From the NCBI GenBank assembly GCA_051011595.1, contig JBPCTQ010000118.1, positions 1-56,887 of the forward strand: DNA of 56,887 bases, given 5' to 3'. A program made the position numbers and the translations under genes. The stretch is from Acidimicrobiales bacterium. GTDB taxonomy: Bacteria > Actinomycetota > Acidimicrobiia > Acidimicrobiales > SHLQ01. Positions 25,544-35,500 of this stretch are shown here, piece by piece (positions within the stretch are counted from its first letter, which is position 1; each line of letters opens with the position of its first letter). Under the pieces are notes generated by a model. That model did not search any database, had not been told where the DNA came from, and worked only from the letters and a program-made list of their open reading frames with translations.

Positions 25544-26616
25544 GCGGGTGGCGGCGCGATCTGCGCATCGCCTTGCCCGCCTGGATCACCACCCGGGTGT
25601 TGGTGGCCATCACGTTCGTGGTGGCCCATGCCGTGGGAGCCGACGACGACAAGGGTCAGCTCACCCTCGACCAGGGCCTGCTGGCCTGGGACGGCGACTG
25701 GTACCACCAGATCGCCGAACACGGTTATGGCGGAGCCCCGGACGGCGCCATTCGGTACTTTCCGGGGTACCCGCTCTTGGGGCGAGTTCTGGGATGGCCG
25801 CTCACGGGTCGCAGCGACATCGCGCTGGTGTTGGTGGCCAACCTGGCCGCGCTGGCCGCCACCGTCGTGTTGGTCCGTCTGGCCCGCCGCGAATTCGACG
25901 GGACCGTCGCTCGCCGCACGGCGTGGTGGTTCTCGCTGTTCCCCGCGTCGTTCGTACTCACCTGGGCGTACAGCGAGTCCGTCTTCGTGCTCGCGGCGGC
26001 CGTCGCCATGCTCGCCACTCGCTCCCGGCGCTGGCCGGTGGCCGCCGGCGCCGGCCTCCTCGCCGCTCTGGTTCGACCTACCGGCGTGTTGCTGAGCGGT
26101 TTCATCGCGGTCGACGGGTGGACCCGTCGACGGCGATCCGACCGCTTCGGCTGGGTGGCGGCCACCGTCGCCCCGATCGTGGGGCTGTGCTGCTTCTTCG
26201 TGTGGGCGCAATGGGCCGAGGACTCGTGGCGCGCCCCGCTCGATGCCCAGCGCGAGATTCGAGGCGGATTCCACGAACCGGTGACAAGGGTGCTGCGGGG
26301 TCTGGGGCGGGGCCTCGGCGGCGATCAGACCGAGCTGTTGCACGCCGTGGCCGCCATTGTGTTCGTCACGGTGATCGTGGTGGTGTTCCGGTCGCGGCCG
26401 GCCTACCTGGTGTACGGGCTCGGCGGGGTGGCCGTCGGCCTGGCCGCATCCACCATCAACAGCTTCGAACGCTACGGACTGGGACTGATCCCCGTGATCC
26501 TGGGCCTGGGCGCCCTGCCACTGTCGGAACGAGCCCACCGAATCGGCCTGGCCGGGTCGAGCCTGGCCATGATCGGCTTGGGCACCCTCGCCCTCACCGG
26601 CCAATACGTGCCGTAA
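25540..26616 (+). CDS. GT-C-like integral membrane mannosyltransferase-type protein (PIG-V-like)
   Basis: Start trimmed to the ATG in the ATGA overlap at 25540-25543. First loop has LAWDGDWYHQIAEHGY, which I associate with PIG-V-type transferases. About 9 TM spans. Confidence 0.55.
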   Translation: MSGWRRDLRIALPAWITTRVLVAITFVVAHAVGADDDKGQLTLDQGLLAWDGDWYHQIAEHGYGGAPDGAIRYFPGYPLLGRVLGWPLTGRSDIALVLVANLAALAATVVLVRLARREFDGTVARRTAWWFSLFPASFVLTWAYSESVFVLAAAVAMLATRSRRWPVAAGAGLLAALVRPTGVLLSGFIAVDGWTRRRRSDRFGWVAATVAPIVGLCCFFVWAQWAEDSWRAPLDAQREIRGGFHEPVTRVLRGLGRGLGGDQTELLHAVAAIVFVTVIVVVFRSRPAYLVYGLGGVAVGLAASTINSFERYGLGLIPVILGLGALPLSERAHRIGLAGSSLAMIGLGTLALTGQYVP

Positions 26617-26626
26617 CCTTCGGACA

Positions 26627-28924
26627 ATGGTCAACCTGGTGCCGGCGGGCGATCTCGCCGACGACCCTGCGGGGGACCATCGATGGGTCGTCACCGGCCC
26701 TCGGCCCCAGCTCCGGGTCGACGGGGATCTGCCCGAGGGCTGGTATCGGTTGCGGGCCCGGTACCGGGCCGACGACACCCACCCCGGTGAGGCCTTGGGG
26801 CCCCAGCTGCGTCTCACCGGCCTGGCCGGACCCGTCAGCGCGGTGTCACGGGCCCTTGGGCTCCGCGACGACCACATCGACCGCATCGTGCACATCCCCG
26901 CGCAGGTCGCCGCGGTGTTCGTCGACCTGCCCATCACCGCTCGCGCCGTCGACATCGATCAGTTCCGCTGCGAAGCCGTCGGCCAGGCTTCGGCCGCCCG
27001 CATCATGCTGCAACGGGTGCTGGCCACCAGCCGAGAAGGATCCACCCAGACCGCGTCACTGCTCACCCGAGCCTGGGAGTCGCTGCGCAGCAGCGGGGCG
27101 ACGGGGCTTCGCGAGCAGTTGGTGGCCGACTACGAGGCCGTGCAACGGCGCCGAGCCGGCCTGGTGGCCATTCCCTACCGGGAGTGGATCGAATACCACG
27201 ACGTCCGCGATGGCGAGGACGGCACCGCCATCGATGCCCACATCGCCGCCTTCACGACCACACCCACCATCTCGGTGGTGGTGCCGGTGCACGACCCGCC
27301 CGCCGAGCTGCTCGAACGTTGCCTCGACTCGGTTCGGGCCCAGCGGTATCCGCATTGGCAGTTGTGCCTGGCCGATGACGCCAGCACCGATCCAGCGGTG
27401 GCCGCCGTGCTCGACCGGTACGAGGCCTCCGATGGTCGCATCGAGGTTGTTCGCCGGAGCGAGAACGGCCACATCGTGGCTGCGTCCAACTCGGCGCTCG
27501 GCCTGGCCACTGGCGAGTTCGTGGCCCTGCTCGACCACGACGACGAGCTCCCCGACCACGCCCTGTATCTGGTGGCACAGGCCATCGACGCCGACCCGTC
27601 GGTCGACCTCGTCTACACCGACGAGGACAAGATCGACGAGGAAGGTCGCCGCTACGACCCCCACTTCAAGCCCGACTACAACCCGGAGCTGTTGCTGGGC
27701 CAGAACTACTTCTCACACCTCACCACCATTCGTCGCTCGGTGGCGGAAGAGGTCGGGTCGTTCCGGCCCGGCACCGAAGGCAGCCAGGACTACGACCTGG
27801 TGCTGCGGGTGGTGGCCCACACCGACCGGATCGTGCACGTCCCACACGTGGGCTACCACTGGCGAGCCATCGAAGGGTCCACGGCCAAGGACAGCGCCGC
27901 CAAACGCTACGTGATCGATGCCGCCCTCACGGCCCTGCGCGACCACGTGCCCGACGATTGGACGGTCGAGCCGGCCTCCGCCCCCACCACCTACCGGGCC
28001 CGGCCGCCGCTACCCGACCCGGCCCCGTCGGTGTCGATCCTGGTACCCACCCGCAACGGGTGGCCCCTCATCGACACCTTGATGACGAGCCTCGAGCTGA
28101 CCACATATCCCAACTACGAAGTGGTGATCCTCGACAACCAGAGCGACGATCAACGAGCGCTGGCCGGCTTCGCCGAGCTGGAGGCTTCCGGGCGGGCTCG
28201 GGTGGAGCCCTTCGACGCCCCGTTCAACTACTCGGCCATCAACAACCACGGGGTCGACTGCACCGACGGCGAGTTGATCTGCCTGCTCAACAACGACATC
28301 GAGATCGTCGACGGCGACTGGCTCGGGGAGCTGGTTCGCCAGGCCGTCCGGCCCGAGATCGGAGCGGTCGGCGCCAAGCTGCTCTATCCCGACCGCACCA
28401 TCCAGCACGCCGGGGTGATCCTCGGTCTGGGTGGTGTGGCCGGCCACGGACACCGCCAGTTCGCCCATGACGCCCACGGGTACTTCAGCCGACTGGCCAT
28501 CACTCACCAGGTGGGAGCGGTCACCGGCGCCTGCCTGGTGGTGCGTCGCTCGGTGTGGACCGAAGCGGGCGGCCTCGACGAGTCCGATCTGGCGGTGGCG
28601 TTCAACGACGTCGACCTGTGCCTGAAGATCACCGCACAGGGCTACCGCAACGTGTTGTGCCCGCATGTGGTGCTGGTCCACCACGAGTCGGTCACCCGTG
28701 GGGCCGAGGACACACCCGAGAAGCAGGCTCGGTTCGGCTCCGAGATCGACGTGATGCTCAGTCGGTGGGGCGGCGCCCTGTTCGACGATCCGGCCTACAA
28801 CCCCAACCTGGCCTTGGACGCGGATGCCTTCACCCTGGCCCGCGAGCCGCGTGTCACCACCCCCTGGCGCCGGCGCGCCGATAGCCTCGGGCCAGCCGAG
28901 GACCACCTCGACACGGCACCATGA
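26627..28924 (+). CDS. Dual-GT2 glycosyltransferase (glycan polymerase type)
   Basis: 765 aa. First GT2: ISVVVPVHDPPAELLERCLDSV, LADDASTD, LLDHDDEL. Second GT2: VSILVPTRNG, ILDNQSDD, LLNNDIEI. Confidence 0.8.
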   Translation: MVNLVPAGDLADDPAGDHRWVVTGPRPQLRVDGDLPEGWYRLRARYRADDTHPGEALGPQLRLTGLAGPVSAVSRALGLRDDHIDRIVHIPAQVAAVFVDLPITARAVDIDQFRCEAVGQASAARIMLQRVLATSREGSTQTASLLTRAWESLRSSGATGLREQLVADYEAVQRRRAGLVAIPYREWIEYHDVRDGEDGTAIDAHIAAFTTTPTISVVVPVHDPPAELLERCLDSVRAQRYPHWQLCLADDASTDPAVAAVLDRYEASDGRIEVVRRSENGHIVAASNSALGLATGEFVALLDHDDELPDHALYLVAQAIDADPSVDLVYTDEDKIDEEGRRYDPHFKPDYNPELLLGQNYFSHLTTIRRSVAEEVGSFRPGTEGSQDYDLVLRVVAHTDRIVHVPHVGYHWRAIEGSTAKDSAAKRYVIDAALTALRDHVPDDWTVEPASAPTTYRARPPLPDPAPSVSILVPTRNGWPLIDTLMTSLELTTYPNYEVVILDNQSDDQRALAGFAELEASGRARVEPFDAPFNYSAINNHGVDCTDGELICLLNNDIEIVDGDWLGELVRQAVRPEIGAVGAKLLYPDRTIQHAGVILGLGGVAGHGHRQFAHDAHGYFSRLAITHQVGAVTGACLVVRRSVWTEAGGLDESDLAVAFNDVDLCLKITAQGYRNVLCPHVVLVHHESVTRGAEDTPEKQARFGSEIDVMLSRWGGALFDDPAYNPNLALDADAFTLAREPRVTTPWRRRADSLGPAEDHLDTAP

Positions 28925-29790
28925 GCAGCTCCGAAACCCCCGTCATCGTCTTCTCCCCCACCGGCCGCCAGCGGGGCATCCTCGGCTCGGCCCGCGAGGT
29001 CTGGGAGTACCGCGGATTCATCGAGTACCTCACCAAACGTGAGCTCAAGACGATGTACAACCGCAGCTACCTCGGGTGGTTGTGGTCGCTCATCAATCCG
29101 ATCATCGTCCTGGCCATCTACTGGTTCGTCTTCGGCCAGATCCTCAGCATCGATCGCGGCGCACCCAGCCCCACCGGCCTCGACTCGTTCGCCCACTTCC
29201 TCATGAGCGGCCTGATCCTTTGGAACCTCTTCAGCCAGGTCTCCAACGGATACCTCCAGGCCTTCCAGCAGTCGGTGGCCCTGCGCAAGAAGCTCTACTT
29301 CCCGCCGAGCGCCCACGGGGTGGCCCGCACCATCGTGAAGGTCATCGAGTCGAGCCTCGAACTGCTCGTGCTGGTCATCTTCTACGTCGCCTTCGACAAC
29401 TTCGGGGTCACGTTCATCCTGGTCCCGGTGATGATGCTGCTGGCCGCCGTGTACGGCATGGGGGTGGGGATGCTGCTGGCCGTGCCCAACGTGCGCTATC
29501 GCGACGTCGGCTACCTGTACTCGCTGGCGCTGCGCCTGTTCTTCTACCTCACACCCATCATCTGGCCCTACGAGCTCATCCAGTCCCGCATCGATGTCCC
29601 CCTCATCCGGTTCATCGCCGAGTGGAACCCCCTGGCCAAACTCATCGAAGCCAACCGCGACATCACCTACCGGCTCCAGTGGCCCGACCCGGGCGACATG
29701 ATCTATCTCGTCGTGTCGTCCACGCTCCTGTTCCTGCTGGGCTGGCGTTCGTTCCACAAACGGTCCATCAAGGCCACCGAGGGCCTCTGA
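28921..29790 (+). CDS. wzm: ABC-2 type polysaccharide exporter permease
   Basis: ATGA overlap with the upstream gene. RELKTMYNRSYLGWLWSLINP signature and 6 TM spans. Confidence 0.85.
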   Translation: MSSSETPVIVFSPTGRQRGILGSAREVWEYRGFIEYLTKRELKTMYNRSYLGWLWSLINPIIVLAIYWFVFGQILSIDRGAPSPTGLDSFAHFLMSGLILWNLFSQVSNGYLQAFQQSVALRKKLYFPPSAHGVARTIVKVIESSLELLVLVIFYVAFDNFGVTFILVPVMMLLAAVYGMGVGMLLAVPNVRYRDVGYLYSLALRLFFYLTPIIWPYELIQSRIDVPLIRFIAEWNPLAKLIEANRDITYRLQWPDPGDMIYLVVSSTLLFLLGWRSFHKRSIKATEGL

Positions 29791-29791
29791 A

Positions 29792-30961
29792 TTGACCACC
29801 AGTCCCGATCTGCGCCCCGCAATCGTCGCCGAAGGCCTGGGCAAGATGTTCCGGCTCCATCGCAGCTCGACCAGCAGTCTGAAGTCGATGTTGGGTGGCC
29901 TCGGCAGCGCCAACTTCGAAGAGTTCTGGGCCGTCCGCGACGTCTCGATGACCATTCCCCGCGGCTCGATGGTGGGAATCATCGGCCGCAACGGTGCGGG
30001 CAAGTCGACGTTGTTACGCATGTTGTGCGGCGTCTACCAACCCTCCGAAGGCCGAGTCGAGGTCCGGGGCCGAATCACCGCACTGCTCGAATTGGGTGCC
30101 GGGTTCCACAACGAGTTGTCGGGCCGCGAGAACGTCTACATGAATGCCGCCGTCATGGGGATCTCTCGTGAGATGGTCGACGAGCGACTCGACGACATCA
30201 TCGCCCTGGCCGACATCGGCGACTTCATCAACAGCCCCGTAGAGGTCTACTCCAGCGGCATGCGGGCCCGGCTGGGCTTCGCGGTGTCGGTGTTCCTCGA
30301 CCCCGAGATCCTGCTGGCCGACGAGATCATCTCGGTGGGCGACGTCGGCTTCGCCAAACACTGCACCCAGCACATGCAACGTATGCGATCCGAGGGCGTC
30401 ACCATTGCCCTGGTGGCCCACAACCTCGGGATCATGGAGAGCATGTGCGACCACGTGGTGTGGCTGCACCAGGGCCAGCTGATGGCCCAGGGCGACCCCA
30501 CCGAGGTGGTTCGCGAGTACCGCGACTTCATGATGGGGGCCACCGACGACGTCCCGATCTCCGAGGACACCGGCGTCACCGGCATCACCCACCTCGACGC
30601 CGCCTCCGAGGACGGGGTGGCCTTCGGCTACACCGGCGCCCCCCTCACCGTCCGCGCCGGCTACGACCTGACCCGACCGGTCGAACAGGCGCAGGTGCGC
30701 GTGTTCGTGCACCACCAGAACGGGCCCGTGTACCTCGGGGACGAGTCCGGCGACCCCCGCACCCTGGAGGGACGCGGCGACATCGAGTACCACGTGCCCG
30801 TGCTGCCCGTGCCCCCCGGGCGCTACAGCCTCGAACTCCAGATCGTCGACGGCGCCGGTCACGTGATCGAGGCCCGCCGCTCTCCGCTGCCCGTTCGGCC
30901 CCTCGGTGAGCTGGTGACCGAACGCTACGTCGAGATGGGCGGCTACTGGCGCATCGACTGA
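29792..30961 (+). CDS. wzt: Polysaccharide ABC exporter ATPase with C-terminal beta-sandwich extension
   Basis: TTG start. Walker A GIIGRNGAGKSTLL, signature YSSGMRARLGFA, Walker B ILLADEI. About 140 extra C-terminal residues. Confidence 0.85.
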   Translation: MTTSPDLRPAIVAEGLGKMFRLHRSSTSSLKSMLGGLGSANFEEFWAVRDVSMTIPRGSMVGIIGRNGAGKSTLLRMLCGVYQPSEGRVEVRGRITALLELGAGFHNELSGRENVYMNAAVMGISREMVDERLDDIIALADIGDFINSPVEVYSSGMRARLGFAVSVFLDPEILLADEIISVGDVGFAKHCTQHMQRMRSEGVTIALVAHNLGIMESMCDHVVWLHQGQLMAQGDPTEVVREYRDFMMGATDDVPISEDTGVTGITHLDAASEDGVAFGYTGAPLTVRAGYDLTRPVEQAQVRVFVHHQNGPVYLGDESGDPRTLEGRGDIEYHVPVLPVPPGRYSLELQIVDGAGHVIEARRSPLPVRPLGELVTERYVEMGGYWRID

Positions 30962-31746
30962 GCGGATTCGGCTCGGGCCGACTCCACCAGCCGTTCGACA
31001 TAGCGCGAGCAGTGTTCGGGGTCGATGGTCGGATGCTCGGCCAGATCCCAGCCCTTCTGGTAGTCGAGCCGCCGCAGGACCGACGACACCATGGGCCGCA
31101 ACCACAACAGGTCGCGGTCGGTGAACCAGTGCTTCCAGTCCCCGGAGCTCTTGGTGCGCACCACTCGCTGGAGGTCGGGGCCCACGTCGGGTGTACCCAG
31201 CTCGTCGACCTCGAGGTAGATCTCCAACTGGCTGGTCTGACCGGCTATGTAGAGCTCGTAGTAGACCAAGGTGAAGAGGTCGCGGTAGCGGCCCAGCAGG
31301 TCGTTGAGCCGCGCCGTCGACCGGGCCAGTGCGCTCAACAGGTCGTTGCCCGTGAGTCGCCAGTAGGCGTGGGTCAGGCGAAGGAACGGCACCCCCACCG
31401 GGTCTTCCTCCTTCTTGCGCAGCATGTCGATGAACGTCTCGATCTTCTCCGGGTCGAGGTCGTTGACCCGGCCGTGGATGTCGTACAACAGCCACGACAC
31501 GAGGCGATCGCGGGGATCACGCACGATCAGCACCCGCCGGTCGAACTCCCCGAAGAGGTTCTTCTCCTCACCCGAGAGATTGCCGAGCAGCTTCTTGGCC
31601 ACCAGCTCGGGCGGCGACAGATCGATCTGGGTGAGGTCTTCGGGTTCGAAGTAGCTGTGTTCGGGTGCGATGTTGCGGGCGTCGCAGATGGCTCGGTGCA
31701 ACATGGTGGTGCCGCTCTTGGCCTCACCCAGGATGAGAGTCTTCAT
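30943..31746 (-). CDS. Sulfotransferase-family protein
   Basis: 5'-PSB-like loop LILGEAKSGTTMLHRAI and 3'-PB-like VLIVRDPRDRLVSWL. ATGA overlap with the upstream gene at 31743-31746. Confidence 0.65.
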   Translation of the reverse strand: MKTLILGEAKSGTTMLHRAICDARNIAPEHSYFEPEDLTQIDLSPPELVAKKLLGNLSGEEKNLFGEFDRRVLIVRDPRDRLVSWLLYDIHGRVNDLDPEKIETFIDMLRKKEEDPVGVPFLRLTHAYWRLTGNDLLSALARSTARLNDLLGRYRDLFTLVYYELYIAGQTSQLEIYLEVDELGTPDVGPDLQRVVRTKSSGDWKHWFTDRDLLWLRPMVSSVLRRLDYQKGWDLAEHPTIDPEHCSRYVERLVESARAESAQSMRQ

Positions 31747-32498
31747 GTAGAGAAGTTGTACCCGAGTTCGCGGCTGATCGGACCACAGATCTCCTCGACC
31801 AAGGCCAATGCCTCGGGATCGAGCACGTCGGCGAAGGCGTTTCGTTCGTGACGAACCCGGCCCAGCTCCTCGGGCGGCACCTGTTCGATGTCGACGAATC
31901 GACAGATCCGGCGCACCACGGTGACCGGATCACCGGTGAGGTCGGCGTAGGACACGGTGAGCATCCGTTCGGGGTTGGCCCGTTCGAACGCCGCGGCCAG
32001 AATCTCCGATTCACGCCAGTAGTTGGCGGCACCGACGACGTTGTCGACCTTCATCACCTTGCCCACCGCCAGGCTGGCCACCACATTGCGGGGGTCGCGG
32101 TAGATGTGCACGAAACGGGCGTCGGGATAGTCGGACGCCAGCAACGACACGCAGTAGATGTTCTGGGGTGTCTTGTCGAACCATCGAGTGTCGGGGTCGA
32201 GCCCTTGCTTCTCGCGGAACAGCGCCATGTACCGGTCGGTGAAGTCACGGCGGGTGTGGGAGTGCTCGAGCAGCTCCCCCATCTCGTCCTCGGTGACCTC
32301 GTCGATCTCGCGGTGGCGAGCCAGCACGGCGTTCTTGCGGTAGTTGTGCTCGAACTGGCGGGTACCGAAGGGTTGGGCCCAGCGATAGAAGTGAGTCTCC
32401 TCTGGACAACACAACCCCGGCACCGACCGGAGCAGGTCGCGGAGCATGGTGGTGCCCGAACGCACGCAGCCGAGGATGAAGAACGGAGGTTGGGTCAT
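31743..32498 (-). CDS. Sulfotransferase-family protein
   Basis: Start trimmed to MTQPPFFILGCVRSGTTMLRDLL (ATG 32498). Second motif HIYRDPRNVVASL. Confidence 0.7.
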   Translation of the reverse strand: MTQPPFFILGCVRSGTTMLRDLLRSVPGLCCPEETHFYRWAQPFGTRQFEHNYRKNAVLARHREIDEVTEDEMGELLEHSHTRRDFTDRYMALFREKQGLDPDTRWFDKTPQNIYCVSLLASDYPDARFVHIYRDPRNVVASLAVGKVMKVDNVVGAANYWRESEILAAAFERANPERMLTVSYADLTGDPVTVVRRICRFVDIEQVPPEELGRVRHERNAFADVLDPEALALVEEICGPISRELGYNFST

Positions 32499-32505
32499 GG
32501 ATCTC

Positions 32506-35500
32506 TCAGCGGGTCCAGCCGGACACGTCGCCGCGCAGCTCGTCGTACAGGGCCAGCCAGTCGGCCGCCATGGCGCCGCGACCTCGCACGTTGTGCAGGG
32601 TGGCGGTACGAGCCAGATCGGCGTAGGCCAGACGATCGCGGCCGTACTTGGCGGCGGTGTGCACGATGACCTCCGGGTCGAGCTCGTCGACGACCAGGCC
32701 ACCGCCGTGTTCGTGGACCCGTTCGGCCGGCGCCCCCAAAGGACCGGTGATGACCGGGATGCCGGCGGCCCACGCTTCCGACAGTACGTAACAGTGCGTC
32801 TCGGGCCACAGGGAGAACACCCCGATGAACGTGGGGCGGATGACAGCGAGGCGAGCCATCAGCTCGTCGCGCTGGTACTCGCCGTGGCCGTGGGCCACGT
32901 GTTCGTATCCGGGTTCGACCTTGCCGAGAATCTCCAGGCGCACGCCGGCTTCGAGGCCGGCTTCGGCGATATCGGCGGCCAGGGTGGCACCCTTGGACTG
33001 GTTGATCCCGCCCACCAGCAACAACGTGACCGGTTCGTCGTGGCGCGGGGCCCGAGCGAAGGCTCGCTGGCGCCGGAAGTCGCGACCGTGCTCGATGATG
33101 TCGATTCGGGATCCCACATCGGCACCGAAGGTGGCGATGTACCGGTCCCGGGTGTCGTTCGACGGCGTGACGAACCGGGGAATGGTCTCGAACAGCTTGG
33201 TGGTCTCGTGGCGCCAGAGGTGCACGAATCGGTGTTTGAGGGGCAAGTCGTTGGGCAAGAAGACCGGGGTCGGGCAGCGGCCCTCACCTTCGGTGCAGAC
33301 GCCACGGCAGTAGCGCAACTGTTCGTCGAGCAGGTTGACCGATGGGCAGGCCAGGTAGAAGTCGTGCAACGACATGACCACCGGCAAGCCGATGGCGTCG
33401 GCCAGCTCGGGCAGATCGAGGGTGAGCCCGATGAGGTGCTGGATGTGCACCAGTGAGATGTCGTAGCGGGTGAGCACCTCCAGCGCGATGGCTGCGGCCT
33501 CGTCGTCGTGGAACTGGCGGATGTCCCAGGGGCGAGACATGTGCCACTCGTTCTCGATGACCCACTCCGGACCCTCGTAGCGCCACAGCCGCAGTGTCTG
33601 CCCGTCGGGCATCAACAACAACGGTTCCTCGTCGCCGGCGGCGGCCTCGGCCAGATCGCGGGCGAAGTACTCGGTGCCGCCACCGCCGGCGTGCAGCACA
33701 TGCAGCACCCGGGGCAGCGTGGCCTCGTCACCGTCGTCGGTGGCGGCCGCACCGGCGATCGATCGGGCGGCCACGAACGCCGTCGACGCCACGAACTCCT
33801 CGGCCAGCGAGGCGTAGTCCGGATACCGCTCGGCCAGTACCGCCAGGCCGTCGGTGATGAGGGCGTGGCGTTGGGCGTCGCCGAAACTGGCCGACTCCTC
33901 GTGGAACACGGCCACGTCGTCGGCCACCACGTGCTCGAACCCGGCGGATCGCAACTTCATGCAGAAGTCGTTCTCTTCGCCGTACCCACGCGGGAACCCC
34001 TCGTGGTCGAGGCGGGGGACTTCGGCCAGGGCCTCGGCTCGGACATACAGGCAGAATCCGTTGCCGGTGGGACCGGTGGGCCGTAGGTAGTGGCTGGCCC
34101 GGGCCACGCGGGCGGCGATGGTGGCGCCGTGGTGCAGGCCGGTGGGCACCGGGCTGGCGAAGGAGAAGACGCCGGCGTGGTCCGACAGCGGCGTGACCGT
34201 GCCGATTCCGGGTCGTTCGATCGCCGCCAGCCGCAAGCGCTCGGTCCACCGGGGTGTGACCTGGGTGTCGCTGTTGAGGATGATGACGTCGCCCTCGGTC
34301 ACCTCGTCGAGGCCCCGATTGACGGTGGCCGGGAAGCCGAGGTTCTCGGAATTGCGGATGATGCGAACCCCCGACCGCGATCGGAGCTGGTCGATGACCA
34401 GGTCGATTCGTTCGTCGGTGCTGGCATCGTCGATCAACACGATGTCGACATCGGACGGGGTGAAACGATCGACGGCCTCGAGACAGCGTTGGACGGCATC
34501 AGCCGCGTTGTAGATGGGGATGAGGACCGTCAGCCGGCGTTGCATGGTGCCGGCCCGCAGCTCGGACCGAACATGGTCCCAGTCGGCCTGGCGGGGCGGC
34601 GGCACCACCGGCGTCTCGGTGTGCTCGTCGTCTTCGGTGCCGCTCCCGGGGCTGCGGCCCAGTCGATCGGCGAAGCGCAGCACCCACTTGACGGCAGGCC
34701 GGGAGTACAACTCGGCCAGGTCCTGGGCCGTGAGGTTACGGGTGTGGATCGCCGTTTCGAGGTCGATGCGCAGGTCGGTCACCTGGTCCTGGAGGTGATC
34801 CAGTCCGCTGAGGTCGACCTCGGCATCGGTGAGCATGGCCCGTAGCCGTTCGATCTCATCGAGGTGGCGGTCCTCGATGGCCGTCCGCTCCTGTTCGATG
34901 AGGTTGATTCGTTTGTCGGACTCGGCCTCGATGCGGGCCACGTTCTCGTGTTCGTCGGACAGGCTCCGGCGGACCTCGTCGAGGGCGTCGCTCTGTTCGT
35001 CGATGTAGTCCCGAGCCTCCTGGAGTCGCTCCTCGTAGGCGGCCTCCGATGCCCTGAACTGGTCGAGCATGCTGGCGTGACCCCGGGCGAAGGACTCCTC
35101 GGCGATCGAATCGTTGAGCTCGTACAACGACACCGCCGCCTCGAACAACAGGTCCAGACCCGGTGTCTCCCGTCCGAGGGAGGGCACCTCGAAGCCGTCG
35201 TGGCCACCGTCGAGCGACCCCAGCACCTCGAGCAGCTGATGCTGTTGGGTCGACAGAACGATGCTGGCCTCGTCGTGGCCCCGGTGGTGGCGCAAGTCGG
35301 TCTCCAACACCGAGAGGAACCGGGCCATGCGGTCGGCGGTCTCGGCGTCACCGGCCGCCGGCCCCAGTTGTTCGACCGCGAACTCGACCAGGGCCTCGGT
35401 GTGCTCGGCGCCGGCCAACAGGTCGTCGTAATCGATCACGAACAACGGCAGGTCGGCCAGGCCGGCCAACGCCGTACGCGTGTAACGCTCCCAGATGGCC

